From contig OX597817.1 in the NCBI GenBank assembly GCA_951406725.2, positions 111,600,001-111,664,000 on the forward strand: 64,000 nt of DNA, given 5' to 3'. Numbering within the stretch: the stretch's first letter is position 1; every line of letters starts with the position of its first letter. The notes beneath the pieces are model-generated. The model ran no database searches and was not told the DNA's origin. It saw only the letters and a program-made list of their open reading frames with translations. A program made the position numbers and the translations under genes. Positions 13,801-29,213 of the stretch are shown here, one piece after another. The stretch comes from Octopus vulgaris. Taxonomy: Eukaryota.

Positions 13801-14672
13801 TATCTCGTGATTTCACCTTCCTTTCTAAATGGGTAATGCAGCTTGGAGTTAAGGTCTAACGTAATATCTAGGAAGTTAACTATTTTAGTGCCAGGTTCAT
13901 ACGTTATGCTAAGGTTGAAATCCTTAAAGAACTTATTAATTTTCTTTCTAATCCTTTCTATACTAGATTTATTATTACTAGGGATAACAAACAGAGCGTC
14001 ATCCCTATATAAACCACCTTGTAATTCTGGGATATCCCTATTTATGCATTTTAATATATACGCGCCTACCAGGTTAGTCACCTCAGCCGAATCACTGGAA
14101 CCCATGGGTATATCAAAATAATTAGGTGTATCTGCTCTAGTCCATAACTTATCTTCAAATTCAATAAATGTTTTTCTAGCTAGTAATACAATATTGATTT
14201 CCTCTCTAGATATGAGGGAGCGATTCATAGCAAATATAAGTGATTTGTTTAGCAAGATAGGGGAAATACTGGAGTAATAACTATTTATATCGAACTGAAT
14301 AAAGGACAGACTACTAGTATTAGTTAGAGAGTTAAACCCTTTTAGTACCTCATCGGTATTAAGCCATAGACTTAAGGGAAGAAAAGGGATTATTTGGGGT
14401 AGAACAGTATCAAGGATAGATTTATTAAGTCGGCCAATGTCTGACTTAGTTGGACAAATAAGCCTTACCGAAGGGTTTTCCATGAAGTTCCTTTTGTGGT
14501 CTTTAAGGTTGATTCTAGGTTCACATGGTTTAAGCGGCTCCGTTCTATCCGTTAACTTGAATCTCTCCATAATTTCCTTCATTTCTAGGTTTACTTTTTT
14601 CAAATTATTCTTAGTCGTAATTTTATATTTGGAGTTGAGTTCCTTCTTAATTAGTTTGCTATAAAGAGTGTA
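10869..14672 (-). mobile_element. 5'-truncated Naiad-like Penelope-like retroelement (RT plus GIY-YIG endonuclease, long 3' UTR/pLTR with hammerhead)
   Basis: RT motifs IQFDINSYY, PMGSSDSAE, LYRDD and NFLDITL. The frame continues past an in-frame TGA at 13020-13022 to CNCRIRSKCPAPGLC (CxC-x5-C-x5-C) and VIYKC. After a poly-A frameshift near 12750 it reads YIGCT...CQLC...CVH, ending near 12429. Both ends abut microsatellites. Confidence 0.9.
11019..11109 (-). ncRNA. Type I hammerhead ribozyme in PLE 3' end
   Basis: Minus strand reads ttttag-CTGATGA-gtac...gtat-GAAA-caattg-TA-ctaaaa: 6-bp stem I, intact core, palindromic stem III (ACAATTGT) and GUA cleavage triplet. Confidence 0.85.
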
Positions 14673-14677
14673 ATCTA

Positions 14678-14725
<48 letters not shown>

Positions 14726-14781
14726 GATATATATATAATATATATATGATATATATATAATATATATACATATATATATAT

Positions 14782-14861
<80 letters not shown>

Positions 14862-14862
<1 letters not shown>

Positions 14863-15257
14863 TAGTAGTATCGCCCGGCGTTGCTCGGGTTTGTAAGGGA
14901 AATAACTATATAAGCATTTTTAGAGATGTAAAGTATAATAGCCATCTCAATATGGCTAACCACAAAGGGGGGTGTTACTGTAGCTTTTTACATTCTGAGA
15001 TTTAATAATAGATTTTTAGAGAGTTACTTCCCTTATATAATAGCAAAAAAAATGCATTAAAAATTAGAAAAAATGATGGTAAATTTTTTTTTTAATCGTA
15101 GACTCATCGTAGATGCGCGCTAATACCCAGAAGGCCTCGATATGAATCACGACTATAAGATACCCGCTTTTGGTTACACAGCACCGCAAGATGTGGGAGT
15201 AGTTAGGAATCTAAGTCGTAGGAGACAGACACACAACTTCACTTTTATATATAAAGA
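14862..15257 (-). mobile_element. Non-autonomous Helitron
   Basis: Minus strand starts A|TC, has a subterminal GC hairpin (cccgagcaacgccggg) and ends CTAG|T; its 3' part is shared with 23512-23895 and 44871-45253. Confidence 0.75.
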
Positions 15258-15264
15258 TATATAC

Positions 15265-15574
<310 letters not shown>

Positions 15575-15714
15575 AAACGTGAGATATAGAACTTAGTATA
15601 TGAATATACGTCTTTTGTTATTTTGAATCGTCAGAAAGTTGCAAAAGTGACTCGGAGTATGTGCTATACACGAAATTCTCGAAGCCTGAATCTCGTTTGT
15701 AAGATTCTACCGAT

Positions 15715-15960
15715 TAGTAGTAGCAGTATAGTTCCTTTCCGAGTCATACAGACTAATAGAGCCGGTTTCTCGGTTTCCATTGAGTATGCACTCTCCACCA
15801 GTCGCAGTATTACTCATTTTTGCCAGCTGTGTGGACTGGAGCAACGTGAAATGAAGTGTTTTGCTCAAGAACACAACGCGTCGCCCGGTCCAGGAATCGA
15901 AACCGCAATCTTACGATCATGAGTCCAATACTCTAACCACTAAATTACACGCCTCCACAC
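15715..15960 (-). mobile_element. Third tRNA-derived SINE family (also 27200-27515 and head fragment 3256-3330)
   Basis: tagtggttagag...ggtttcgattcc head followed by a ttgtgttcttgagcaaaacact central domain. Confidence 0.7.
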
Positions 15961-16029
15961 TACCGAAAAGGTATATATAATATAAAAGAAAAGTATACAC
16001 ACTCTCTCACACACACACAGACATGCACG

Positions 16030-16112
<83 letters not shown>

Positions 16113-16331
16113 GACGGGCTCCTTTCAGTTTCCGTCTATCAGATCCACTCACAAGGCTTTGGTCAGCCCAAGGCTATAAAAGAAGACACTTGCCCAAGCT
16201 GCTACGCAGTGGGACTGAACTCGGAACCATGTGGTTTGGAAACAAGCTTCTTACCACACAGCAATTCCCACGCCTGAATCTTAATTATATTTACATAAAT
16301 ACATACATACATACATACATACATACATACA

Positions 16332-16363
<32 letters not shown>

Positions 16364-16662
16364 CAGCAGTGTTCATTAGTATTCATAACGCCTATAATAA
16401 AACTGATTTTTTTTAAATATTGTTTTTTATCATGAATATTTTTTGTAATATTTTTTGTATATTGTTTATACTTTATATCATTTTTGTATATTGTTTATAC
16501 TTTATCATTTAATTATTTATTTATTGTTGTTTATCACAGATATCAATCAAAATGAACAAAATTTAAAAAATTATAGAACGACGCATCTGCAAAATTATTC
16601 ATAACATTTTGTCGAGTAGCATTTTATCTTTAAAAATAGAATTTAAAACGACAAATAAACTA

Positions 16663-16738
<76 letters not shown>

Positions 16739-17219
16739 TGAGTGTGTGTCTGTGTGTGTGTGTAAATCTGGATCTGAAGAAAGCCAAATTCTTTAAGAAC
16801 GAGGGACAGAAACTCGAGGAGAAACATAGAAAAAGTTGAATCGACCTCAATGGCATTTAAAATAGGATAATAGATGATAGGAAAGACTACCGCCATGTAA
16901 TCTATCCGAGCATGGCCTTATTTTATTCTTTGATGTTATACCCTCAAATCTCCACTCATTTCCCTAGTTTCTCTCTCCTACTTTCTGTTTCCGTATGCGC
17001 GCTCACATTGATTTGTGTTTCCTATCAGCTGTAGACAATCGCTCAAACATACAGTATGTAAAACTCTGGTGTCTTTCTTATTATACTGTTCTCTTCACTC
17101 TGATGGAAAAACGCTGCACGAAACGTTAAAAGCTCCACCCAGCACTGCAACTTTAGTCTTTCTGCCAATTTTCTTAAATGTATAATGATTTCTATACACA
17201 CACACACACACACACACAC

Positions 17220-17297
<78 letters not shown>

Positions 17298-17649
17298 AAA
17301 GGATGCTGGAAAGATCCTGGCTTTCGGTAAAAGAAAATACAGGAGGATTAGTTACTTATAATTTTATTCAACATATTTCCCTCTCAAATTCACACATTTC
17401 TTGCAGCGGTCCTTCAGTTTTTCTAAGCCTTGTAAAAGAACTCGGACGGTTGGGCCTCCAACCAGGCATTTCGCGACACCCTTAAAATGGAGAACTTTTC
17501 AGCACCACTTCGTATGTTCATTAAAGATTTCTCCTGACCCACTTCCGGTTATTGCAGGAAACGGAACTTTTACAAGAATAATCATACATGCCCCATTGTA
17601 AATTGCAGCTTTCCACTAGTATTTGTTTGTCTTTAACGGCTGCTGAAGT

Positions 17650-18699
17650 GGACTAAGGTATTATAATGGGAGCAGTTGTATGCAGTTCTTATACTTGAAA
17701 GGTCGTACAGCAAAAGAAAGTTTCGATGAAATGCAAGAATTTTTTGGTGACGATGCACCATCATACAACGTAATCATGCACTGGCATCGCTCGTTTAAAT
17801 ATGGTTGGACATTGGTAGAAACTGCTCCTACTCCTAAACGACCACATTCTGCCATTAATAACGACACCATCCATAAAGTGGAAGCCGCCATTTTGGAGGA
17901 TCGCCGCATAACTATTCGGTAACTTGCTCAAGAAGTGAAGATAAGTGTAGGGTCAGTGGAAAAATCATTCACGACCATTTGCACACGTGGAAGTTGTCTG
18001 CAAGATGGATTCCCCGGATGCTCACACCTTTTCAAGAGCAGGAACGAGTCAATTGCTTCCAGACTCATTTGGCAATGTGCCAAGAAAATGAGGAGGACAT
18101 TTTTGGCAGACTTATCACCCAGGATGAAACATCACCTCCAAAGAAGGCGCGTATCCAGCCCTCAGCAGGTAAGGTGATGTCCACAGTCTTTTGGGACCAG
18201 TGTGGAGTAGTGATGATGGATTTTCTAGCGAAGGGCACCACAATTAACGGGACATATTATGCTTCCTACTGCAGAAATTGCAGGACGCCATCAAAACAGA
18301 AAGGCATGGCATGCTGACCAAAGGAGTTCACCACCTCTAAGACAACGCCTCAATTCACAATGTGCATGTTACCCAGATGAAAGCATACTCCTGCAACTAT
18401 GAAATCCTTCCTCATAGCCCTTACTCTCCCGACCTCGCATCATCTGACTTCCACTTCTTTCGAACCATGAAGTCTTTTTTGAAGGGGAATCACTTATTTC
18501 CGAGGTAAAGTCTTGGCTCCAGATGCAAACCTACCGACTTCTACAAACGAGGTCGTCACAGTTGCATAAAGCGATGAGATAAGTGTGTCACCATTGGTGG
18601 TGGCTATGTAGAGAAGAACTAATAATTATGACAAATTTTGTTCATCACAGTCCTTGAGAAGTAGGTCAGAGGAAAACTTTTATGAACACCTCTCCTGTG
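17650..18699 (+). mobile_element. Degenerate mariner (Tc1/mariner) transposase relic
   Basis: HTH-like N-terminus, KLSARWIPRMLT (WVPxxL-like), AGKVMSTVFWD and PYSPDLASSDFHFF at about 18415-18460; frameshifted. Confidence 0.85.
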
Positions 18700-18715
18700 T
18701 GTATGTGTATATGTA

Positions 18716-18781
<66 letters not shown>

Positions 18782-19092
18782 CATACATACATACATACGT
18801 ACACATTGACACTCATACGTGTATTACGCAAAAGTGTTGTAAGTCCAAAACGTTGCTTTTTCAGAAAACGGAAAATTTGCTTCACCATTCCATAACAATA
18901 CCGTTGTACTACACTTTGCCAATTTATGATATCTTGGCATATGAAGCAGCTGGAGATACGATAGTCTGACCAAAAGAACCGGCTTTTGCAAGCAAAAATA
19001 AATATTGAAAAAAATGCATTTGGCTAAATTTGGACATACGACAGTTTAACATAATAGAAACGATGTATATACGTAAACATAGACATCCATAC

Positions 19093-19138
<46 letters not shown>

Positions 19139-19175
19139 CACTCATACCCAAAGCCAGCAACTTTTCAGTACCCCC

Positions 19176-19284
<109 letters not shown>

Positions 19285-19486
19285 AATCTTTATACAGTTA
19301 AAGCATTGATTATTTTGATTATTGTCGAGTAAATGAGGAAGAGAACTTAATGCATGTAAGGAGATCACTTGGCTTGTTTAAGTTGAACTCCTTTTTCGAG
19401 ACTTCAGATGGTTGCATTACTATACTAACCTTTTAGGAAACATCAGTGACAATGTATATAAAACGATATGCAGACAAACAGACACG

Positions 19487-19995
<509 letters not shown>

Positions 19996-20968
19996 CATGC
20001 GTATTACGGTTTCTATGAATAACTGAATAACTAATTTAATAATTACAATTTTTATTAAAACATTGTAATTTCTCATTAGCATTTTTATATAGGTTGATAT
20101 TTTCGGTAATTAAATTTTGTAAGTCTGTTTGACATCCAAATTGACATTGCTAAATAATTTGATGAGAATTTCTCAGAGATATCAAACACGCGAAAGTGTG
20201 AACATTCGTGTTTCTGACAGTAAGAATGTTAATGAGACATTAACGAAGCGGACATGACAATCGTTCCACTCTTGAGACGGTATAGTGTAAAAGTTCAAAA
20301 CTATGTTAGAGCAATATATTGTTATATAGTTATATATTTATATATGCGTATGCGTGTATGGAAGAATGTATGTATGTGTATATATATACATATATATACA
20401 TATATCGAATATTGCATGCATGAAGTGGATTCGATCCAACATAGCCAAATTTAAATCAACACGACAAAAAAACTTTTCACATGATAGAACAATGGTTTTT
20501 CTCTGACAGCAGTTTTATATTAACCAGATGCCTTTAGCTAGGCTGCTATAATGTCTTCACCACTTGACCCTTTCTAACCTCTTCTACTTCACCAAAAGCA
20601 AGAATAGATAACAAGACCACCAACTAAATCTATTGTTCTCAATGATATATCTATCCTTCTGGATCTTAATATAAGCAAGCACATCCCAAGCAAAAAGGGG
20701 TTAGTCACTGCAGTGACAACTCAGTCACCAACCCGTGACGACTCAACGAGGTCTGGCTGACCAACCTTGGTCAGAGGGAGAAAGCAACTGTGAGACAACA
20801 CCCTATAATTCTCTCTAACTCTAATTCTGTTCTCTTACAACATCATTCTGTCTCTCTCAGCAATTACTACTAAACAATGAAAAATATCCCATATTCCGAA
20901 AAGCTCTTCCAACGTTAAAAAAAGATGTAAATTCTGAATGATAATTATCTGTATCTATAAAAGGCAGG

Positions 20969-21059
<91 letters not shown>

Positions 21060-22126
21060 TGAATGTAATTTATGCACGTCCACAAAATAGCACGCATGTC
21101 GCTTCAATTTTAGGAGGACATTCGTCACTATCCTACATGGGTTTTGTCAACTTATTTTTTCCAGAGGCAGCTGCGGATAGCGGTAAAAATCTATTTTGAA
21201 CCATAGCTTTTACCAATTTTGAAGGTTGCTAATATGAGTTAAGTCCCTTCTAGCCATAGCCAAGCGAAAGTGTCTGCGTGAAGGAGAGAGAGAAGATATA
21301 TGTTGATGTATGTGTGTGTAAGGGAGAGAGAGTGTTTCACAACGTCTAACAAAAAAAAGTAAAGAAAAAGTATGTGTAAAGGAGAGTGGAGAGAGTTTGA
21401 CAGCGTCTAACAAAAAAAGGGTAAAGACAAAGTGACAGCGTTCATAAAAAATAAAAATGTAAAATAAAAATGTAAAATGTTTTGTTTTTTCTTAAACACG
21501 AGATATAGTCTTCAAATTTAGGATGTTTTTGAAAGACATATTTTATTATCAATTATATATACCTCCTCACACAACAATTAAAATATATTTATTTTAAATC
21601 GTTCATCTTCCCCATCCCTCTCTCATACACACATTACTTTGGGCGCGAAGAAGTTTTGTTTTTATTTTACGCCGAGGAAAAATGTTTTGTTCAGAATCCA
21701 TTTATTTAACAACAAAGAAACAAAGGGGTAGGTAACAATTTGTCAGTGAATTACACAATATAAATGGTTACAGTTTCCGAGGCTTCCACCACACCCCACT
21801 CCGTTTTTCGGATCACAAAAAGGGTTTTGTAGCATATTAGGATTCCAGAGTAGTTGATTCCACGCAAAAAAAACGATCTTTTTTTCTTAATGAAAATCGT
21901 GCGAGTGTTAATCTACAAATTTACCAACATTTTTTCCATTCATTTCTGTTTATGAACATGTACGCGTGCACAAAACATATATGCAAGAGGTGTACGTACG
22001 TACGTGTGTGTATGTGTGTTCGTGTGTGTGTGTGTGTGTGTTGCCCATATATATTTATATCATATTATATTATATTATATTATATTATATTATATTATAT
22101 TATATTATATTATATATATCTTTTTT

Positions 22127-22340
22127 TTTCTCTTTTACTTGTTTCAGTCATTTGACTGCGGCCATGCTGGAGCACCGCCTTTAATCGAGCAACTCGACCC
22201 CGGGACTTATTCTTTTGTAAGCCCAGTACTTATTCTATCGGTCTCTTTTGCCGAACCGCTAAGTAACGGGGACATAAACACACCAGCATCGGTTGTTAAG
22301 CAATGCTAGGGGGACAAACACAGACACACAAACACACACA

Positions 22341-22394
<54 letters not shown>

Positions 22395-22566
22395 CATATA
22401 TACGACAGGCTTCTTTCAGTTTCCGTCTACCAAATCCACTCACAAGGCTTTGGTCGGCCCGAGGCTAGAGTAGAAGACACTTGCCCAAGGTGCCGCGCAG
22501 TGGGACTGAACCCGGAACCATGTGGTTCGTAAGCAAGCTACTTACCACACAGCCACTCCTACGCCT
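22127..22566 (-). mobile_element. tRNA-derived SINE with internal microsatellite (octopus-type). Other copies or fragments: 2879-3120, 3551-3840, 5565-5682, 16110-16275, 53715-53975, 54096-54348
   Basis: A/B-box-like head (gtggctgtgtggtaag...ggttcagtccc), conserved body (gacggaaactgaaagaagccc; cttgacaaccgatg) and A-rich tail. Confidence 0.85.
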
Positions 22567-22834
22567 ATATATAATAAATTAATAAATAAATAAAACATAT
22601 GCATATATACATACATATATGTACGTACCTACGTCTACATGTATATATACATGCATATATGGGTACAGGACACCAAAAAAAACGTCGAACACAATGAGAA
22701 ACGAAAACATAAACACAAAACCAAGGAAATGGACATTTTTCTTAAACAACGAAAAAATAGAGTACAGGACATACAAAACAAGGAAAATTCCCCTTCTTCA
22801 GTCGCCTTTGTTTCATCTACTCCCACGTTATATA

Positions 22835-22964
22835 TATATAAACCAATTTCAACGGATTTCGCCCAAATTTGACGTCGATATTACTTAGTTTGGTTTGAAA
22901 TAAAGAATTTGATTAGCTTAATAATCGTAACTTAATCCCGGGCAAAGTCGGGTTATACTGCTAG
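22835..22964 (+). mobile_element. Short Helitron 3' fragment
   Basis: Terminus cccgggcaaagtcggg-ttatactg-CTAG|T. Confidence 0.55.
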
Positions 22965-23039
22965 TATGCAATAGAAAAAAAACTATGCACGAACCTCAGA
23001 CGAAATACATGAACAGTGAACACCATAAAATAAGCATTA

Positions 23040-23990
23040 ATAATATTTTCTATTTAATTAAATGACCATTGCTTTTTCCAGTCAATGTGAGGTAAACTTT
23101 GTCTTGATTCCTGTACATTTAATATAAATTTGTGCCTATTTTCGTAGCCTTTTCTGACTTCAGAAGCGTTTGTCACTAAATTGATAGCATGCTCGACTCC
23201 TTAGCTATGACAAAGAAAAGGTATTAGCTATGACAGTCAGATCTTTTATTTTTTTATTTTTTTGTCATAACACGTGCAGGTGCATGTCTCAAACATTTCA
23301 TTGAACTCCTCTAATTTCTTATCAAAACTATCTCCTCTTTGCTTGAATTTATAAACAGATTCAATCAATCTCTCAATTGTTAGAGCTATTCCCTCAAACC
23401 CAATATAACGAAAAGAAACTTTGTCCCATATTGCTTGTACAACTGCAGCAATAATCCAGTAGCATTCTTTCACTATGGGTGAAGTTTTTGATATCTGTTC
23501 TTCACATTTTATCTCTCTCTATATAAACGGCAGTTTGTCTGTGCGTGTTTCTGTGTGTCTGTTTGCTTGTACCCTCACCCTGACCACGGTTTTCAACCGA
23601 TTCTGATGAAACTTGACACACACATAGCCCATTGTCATAATTCAAAACTAACACAGCGAAAATTTTGAAAAGTTCCCCCAGTTCTGAAAAACATCGATAA
23701 ATTCGACATGGGGTCGAGAATCAGAAACACAAACCGCAAACTGTCTAGGGGACGCAACTCCACCTTTTTTAACTCTCAAAAAAAATTTACCATCATTTTT
23801 TTCCATTTTTTTGCTATTTTTTGGCTATAACTCTCTAAAAATGCTTTATAGTTATTTCCCTTACAAACCTGAGCAACGCCGGGCGATACTGCTAGTTATG
23901 TATACATCAGCTTTTGATGTGGTCATTGCTGTGGAAATTCTGCAGGAAATCCAAATGCTGAATGACGGTTTTTACTTCTAGTATATAATC
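23040..23990 (-). mobile_element. Degraded, internally deleted hAT-like (possibly hATm) transposase relic, interrupted by a Helitron
   Basis: N-terminal IWDK...FETCTC fragment joined to C-terminal CHS*GVEHAINLVTNAS...GYENRHKFI...SR-like motif; family assignment is from memory of motifs only. Confidence 0.4.
23512..23895 (+). mobile_element. Non-autonomous Helitron
   Basis: A|TC start, hairpin, then CTAG|T end; highly similar to 44871-45253. Confidence 0.8.
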
Positions 23991-24389
23991 TTATATACTT
24001 AAATTATTACAGTTTAAATTTATGTCGGTATTTTTCTAAAATTATAATACAAGTTAGCTTTGAAAGAATCTGAAAAACAAAAGAAAATCATTTAACAACG
24101 TATACATTTTCTAAAAAAAATTCATTTAACACATTGAAAAGTCGTAATTTTAACATGTTGGATGGGTACCTACCTACCAATTGACTTATATTTCAATGTT
24201 TTTGCTATCTTTACTCATCAGATGTTTTAAACAAGGTTTTTATAGTGAAATATGATCAAATGTTTCATATCCATAAGCAATTTAGCATATATATGTTAGA
24301 GATTATATGTTTAGTATAGAAAATTAGGGTATTTAATTTCAGGGGGTGTATGCGAGTGGTACGGGGTGTTACATAACCCTAATTTTCAT

Positions 24390-24634
<245 letters not shown>

Positions 24635-25249
24635 CAAACGCACGCACTCATATGCATCTTTTCTTTGATTCCTAATTCCTGAGGGCGTGGTAGGGTCACC
24701 GTCATTACATAGTGTGTCTCGGGCAATTAAAATCCTGGAGTGAGGAGAATAGGAAAATTAAATATGGGTTGGTATATTGGTGTTACAGTAAAATATGATT
24801 TATATCCTTGAGTGGTTATCCATTTTTATTATTAATAAAGAATGTTAGTAAAATAAATTTAAAGTTAATGGGTATAGGTTGATTAAAAATATTAGGTCAA
24901 TGGATATTTGTAAGAATTAAGAAGATTATATAATAGAGTTGTGAATGGTGTTTTATTGAATATTAATATAATTGTTGTTATCTTTATGATTGTTATGATT
25001 TACTTAAATGGCTTAATGAGAGCGTGACGTTGAAAGTCTTGAAGTGATAGTATATGCCTTTACGTCAGCCCTCTTCTGATTTCACAGCAACTGATTTTTC
25101 TTGAGGCATGCAGAAAAACAAAGAAGGAAAATGATAAAGAGGAGAAACAACTCCAATACTGAACTGGTATTATATATATGAGCGTCCAATAATACTTTAT
25201 TTGTTCCACGTCCTCGCGTTGCTGTGTTTTTGTGTTTTCTTGTTTGGAT

Positions 25250-25319
<70 letters not shown>

Positions 25320-25324
<5 letters not shown>

Positions 25325-27158
25325 TAGTAAAAAGTGAAAAAACTACAGAAGGCTTAAAGGTTAAAAAATATATATATTTGCGTCAATATGTCTGAAGAAT
25401 ATTAAAAATTTTTTTTTCCTTACAATGACATAGTTTAGAAGAAAGACCGGTTTCGCGTTTAGCTTTTCAAATTTCTTACGACGTTATGTTTATGTTGAAT
25501 AGAGTTATCGTTATGTTTAAAAGAGTTCTAAATAAGGGGAGGTAATGAGTGATTTCTTCCGGTGTAAGGGAGATAATCGCTTAAAATTTTTTTCTTTTCC
25601 CTTGGTGTGAATTTCTCTGTATCAGTATGTTGGCATGGTTAAGTCTGGGCTTGTACTTTTCAATGAAGAATGTTTCCTTGTTTAGTCTAATTTGTGTTGA
25701 TGATCCGATAGCACATTGGTAAAATGGAAAGATTAAAAATTGTGGTAGTAGTTGCTTTGCGCATTTCTCAATGTGTTCACTAAAAGGTATCATTCTGTAT
25801 TCTGGGAATGCAATCTGTTGTCGATGCAGTGTGCATCTACGTCTGAGTGATAATCCCGTGGATCCCACGTAGTCTTGGTGGCAGCCCGAGCATTTTATGA
25901 CATAAATTATGTTTTCAGAGGCACAAGTAAAGTTAGATTTGATCTTGAATTTCTGTCCCTCTTTAAAGAGGAATTCTGATCCTTCTAGCAGGTTTGGACA
26001 TGTTGCACAGTTCGATCTACCACATTTTTTTACTTTTGCATCCGTAATTTCAGAAAACAATTTTGCCTTTGTGAGAATCTTTTTAAGTGATTTAGGTTGT
26101 TTGTAGCTTTTAATGATTTGGTGTATGTTTAGAATTTCCTTTAATTTGGGGTCCTTATGAAGTATTGGTAAATTCTGGGTGATGATGGTGAAGGCTTCTT
26201 TGTTTCTGGGGTTGTATGTAGATATGTAAGGTAGTATTTTCGGGGAAGGTGTGTTGTTGTGTTCAACTTTTCTTAAAGTTTCTATGTTGATTTCTGTTGC
26301 ACGTCTGATCCCATCCTCTATGAGTTGAGTTGGGTAATGTCTGTCAATTAGGGTATTTTTGAGTTCTTGCAGTCTAAAGTTCCTGGTATTTTGTTCTGAC
26401 ACTATTGTGCATATCCTTCTTGCAAGGTTGAAGGGGATGTTTGTTTTAGTGTGTCTTGGGTGGCATGAATTAAAAAGAAGGTATTGTTTGGCGTCTGTGG
26501 CTTTGTAAAAAATGTCTGTTTCTATTTTAAGGTTAATTTTTTTAATTAGTATATCCAAGAACGGGAGCTCCTTTTGGTTGTATTCCATTGTGAACTGTAT
26601 ATTTGGGTTTATGCTGTTCAATAGGTTTTTAAATTTTAGGAGTTTATCTGTGTTTTCATTCCAGAGTATAAAACAATCGTCTAAGAATCGTTTCCAATTC
26701 TCTTTTATTTATTGAGAGAGGGGGTTTCCAAAGATTGATAAAGATTCCTGGTAAATGATTATTTCCATGTAGCCCATTGTTAGGTTCGCAATGACTGGTG
26801 CTGCCCTTGTACCCATAGCAATTCCGGATTTTTGACGGTAAAATGTATTGTCAAACATGAAGTGGTTATTATGTAGGATGAATTCAATTGATTTAGTAAT
26901 GAATTCTTTACTGATCCTTTTTGGTATTTCTTCTGGAAATTGGTCCAGCCAGAACTGTATTGCCTCTAGTCCATAATTATGAGGTATACTGGTATATAAG
27001 TTAACTACATCAAATGAAACCAGGATTGTTTCTTCCTTGGCTTTTTTTGGAAGGTGGTTTAACATATCTAAGTCATCTCTGATATGGCTATCGATATGTT
27101 TAAGGAAGGGTTTCAGGAGGATGTCCATAAATAGACTTAGTCTGTGTGTTTCACAGGT
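25320..27158 (-). mobile_element. 5'-truncated Neptune-like Penelope-like retroelement
   Basis: VSFDVVNLYTSIP, GIAMGT, NWKRFLDDC (single in-frame TAA at 26709-26711), LPFLD, linker CxxxxCxxC and GIY-YIG NIIYVIKC..C...YVGST. Confidence 0.9.
25439..25487 (-). ncRNA. Hammerhead-like motif with U3-A8 core variant
   Basis: aagaaa-t-TTGAAAA-gc-taaac-gc-GAAA-ccgg-TC-tttctt, about 95 nt downstream of the PLE stop codon. Confidence 0.5.
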
Positions 27159-27521
27159 TGTAGTATGCATGTATGTATGTATGTATAATTGGTACTCCAT
27201 CCTTTACTAGGACGACGAGTGTTCTAATTGATCCGATCAACGGAACAGCCTGCTCGCCAAATAACGTGCAAGTGATTGAGCACTCCACAGAAAGACGTAC
27301 CCTTCACCGTCGTTCCCAGTAGGATTCTGCGTGACACAAAATGTGACAACGCTAGCACTTTGAATTGCAGTTACAACTTATTTTTGCTAGCTGGGTAGAC
27401 TGAAGCAACATGAAGTAAAGTGTCTTGCTCAAGGACACAAACACACCGACAGGTATCGAGTTCGAAACCTTGCGATCGTGAGCCAAATACCGTAACTACT
27501 AATCCACACACCTTCACACAC

Positions 27522-27569
<48 letters not shown>

Positions 27570-28054
27570 TATATTGACGGTAAACCATAAATCCGAGAAA
27601 GAAACACACTAAGTTATAGAGCAGTAGAATATATAAAGATAGATATGGCTGGTCTATGGGGTTACCCTGGGTTCCACGTCCATAAAGCGCTTAGCTTTAC
27701 GGCGTTTCTTCAGACACTAGGCCTGTGGCCTCTCTTGCAAGTGGCCATACAGAGAGACAGACAGACAGACAGATTGAAGTTAATGGTGTGGTGCTTACGT
27801 ACGACAAATAAATTATGTGACTCTCACGTGTTGTATATGAGTATAGCTAAATCTAATTATAATCATGTAATTGCCAGTCATGTTACGTAAGAATACTGAA
27901 ATAGCTGTAGGAATGAATAATTGAAATATGTAGCGGAAAAAAAACTTCATGTGAAAGCTCTTAGCTAGAGTAATGAATCTGGGACATTTTTTGCCTTACT
28001 CTGTAGAACTGATATTTTCTTTTTTGCATACACACAAACCCGTGCGCACGCGAG

Positions 28055-28352
28055 CATGCATACATACATGCATACATACATACATACATACATACATACA
28101 TACATACATACATACATACATACATACATACATACATACATACAAATATACATGCATACAAACATACATGCATACAAACAAACATGTATACAAACAACAT
28201 ACATGCATACAAACATCCATACATACATACATACATACATACATTCATACATACATGCACCCATACATACACACATACATACATATATACATACATACAC
28301 ACATGCATGCATGCATGCATGCATGCATACATACATACATACATACATACAT

Positions 28353-28409
<57 letters not shown>

Positions 28410-28770
28410 TATACATACATACAAACAACATACATGCATACAAACATCCACCTATACATACATATATAATACATACATACATATATACATACATACATCC
28501 ATACATACATACATTCATACATAATACATACATGCATACATACATACATACATACATACATACATACATACATACATACATACATACAAATATACATACA
28601 TACAAACAAACGTACATACAAACAACATACATGCATGCAAACCTCCATACATACATACATTCATACATACGTACATACATACACACACGCACAAGCATAC
28701 ATATAAATATACATACATACGCGTGTGCGCACACGCACACACACATGCGTAAATACACACATACATATTG
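28055..28770. repeat. Compound (CATA)n/(GACA)n microsatellite
   Basis: Direct reading. Confidence 0.95.
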
Positions 28771-29098
28771 TAATATAAATCTAGAGATAATCGATGTGCT
28801 GTGCATCGATATCATGATTGTTTCTATAATCGTAGTATATCCGAGTGGATTTACGAGGATGGAGAAAAGTAACGAGGTAGCATACAAGATACTGAATATA
28901 TATATATTATGTAGTCAAGAAGACATGGTGATTACGAGAACGGAAGAAGATACTTGCAGTAGAATTTGAATAATGATTTGCAGCGAAAAGGCTGACAACT
29001 GTGAGAGATAAGCGAGAGGCTCACGGAATGATTTAAAGAAATGTGAGAGCATGTAGCGTATGTTTTTTATTCTGTATGCGTGCGAGTGTATTAGAGCA

Positions 29099-29213
<115 letters not shown>

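Noticed and set aside
15880-15960. Functional tRNA genes (also 22500-22566 and 39873-39935)
   Set aside because: Acceptor stems are incomplete and each is fused to a repeat body; these are SINE or PLE heads.
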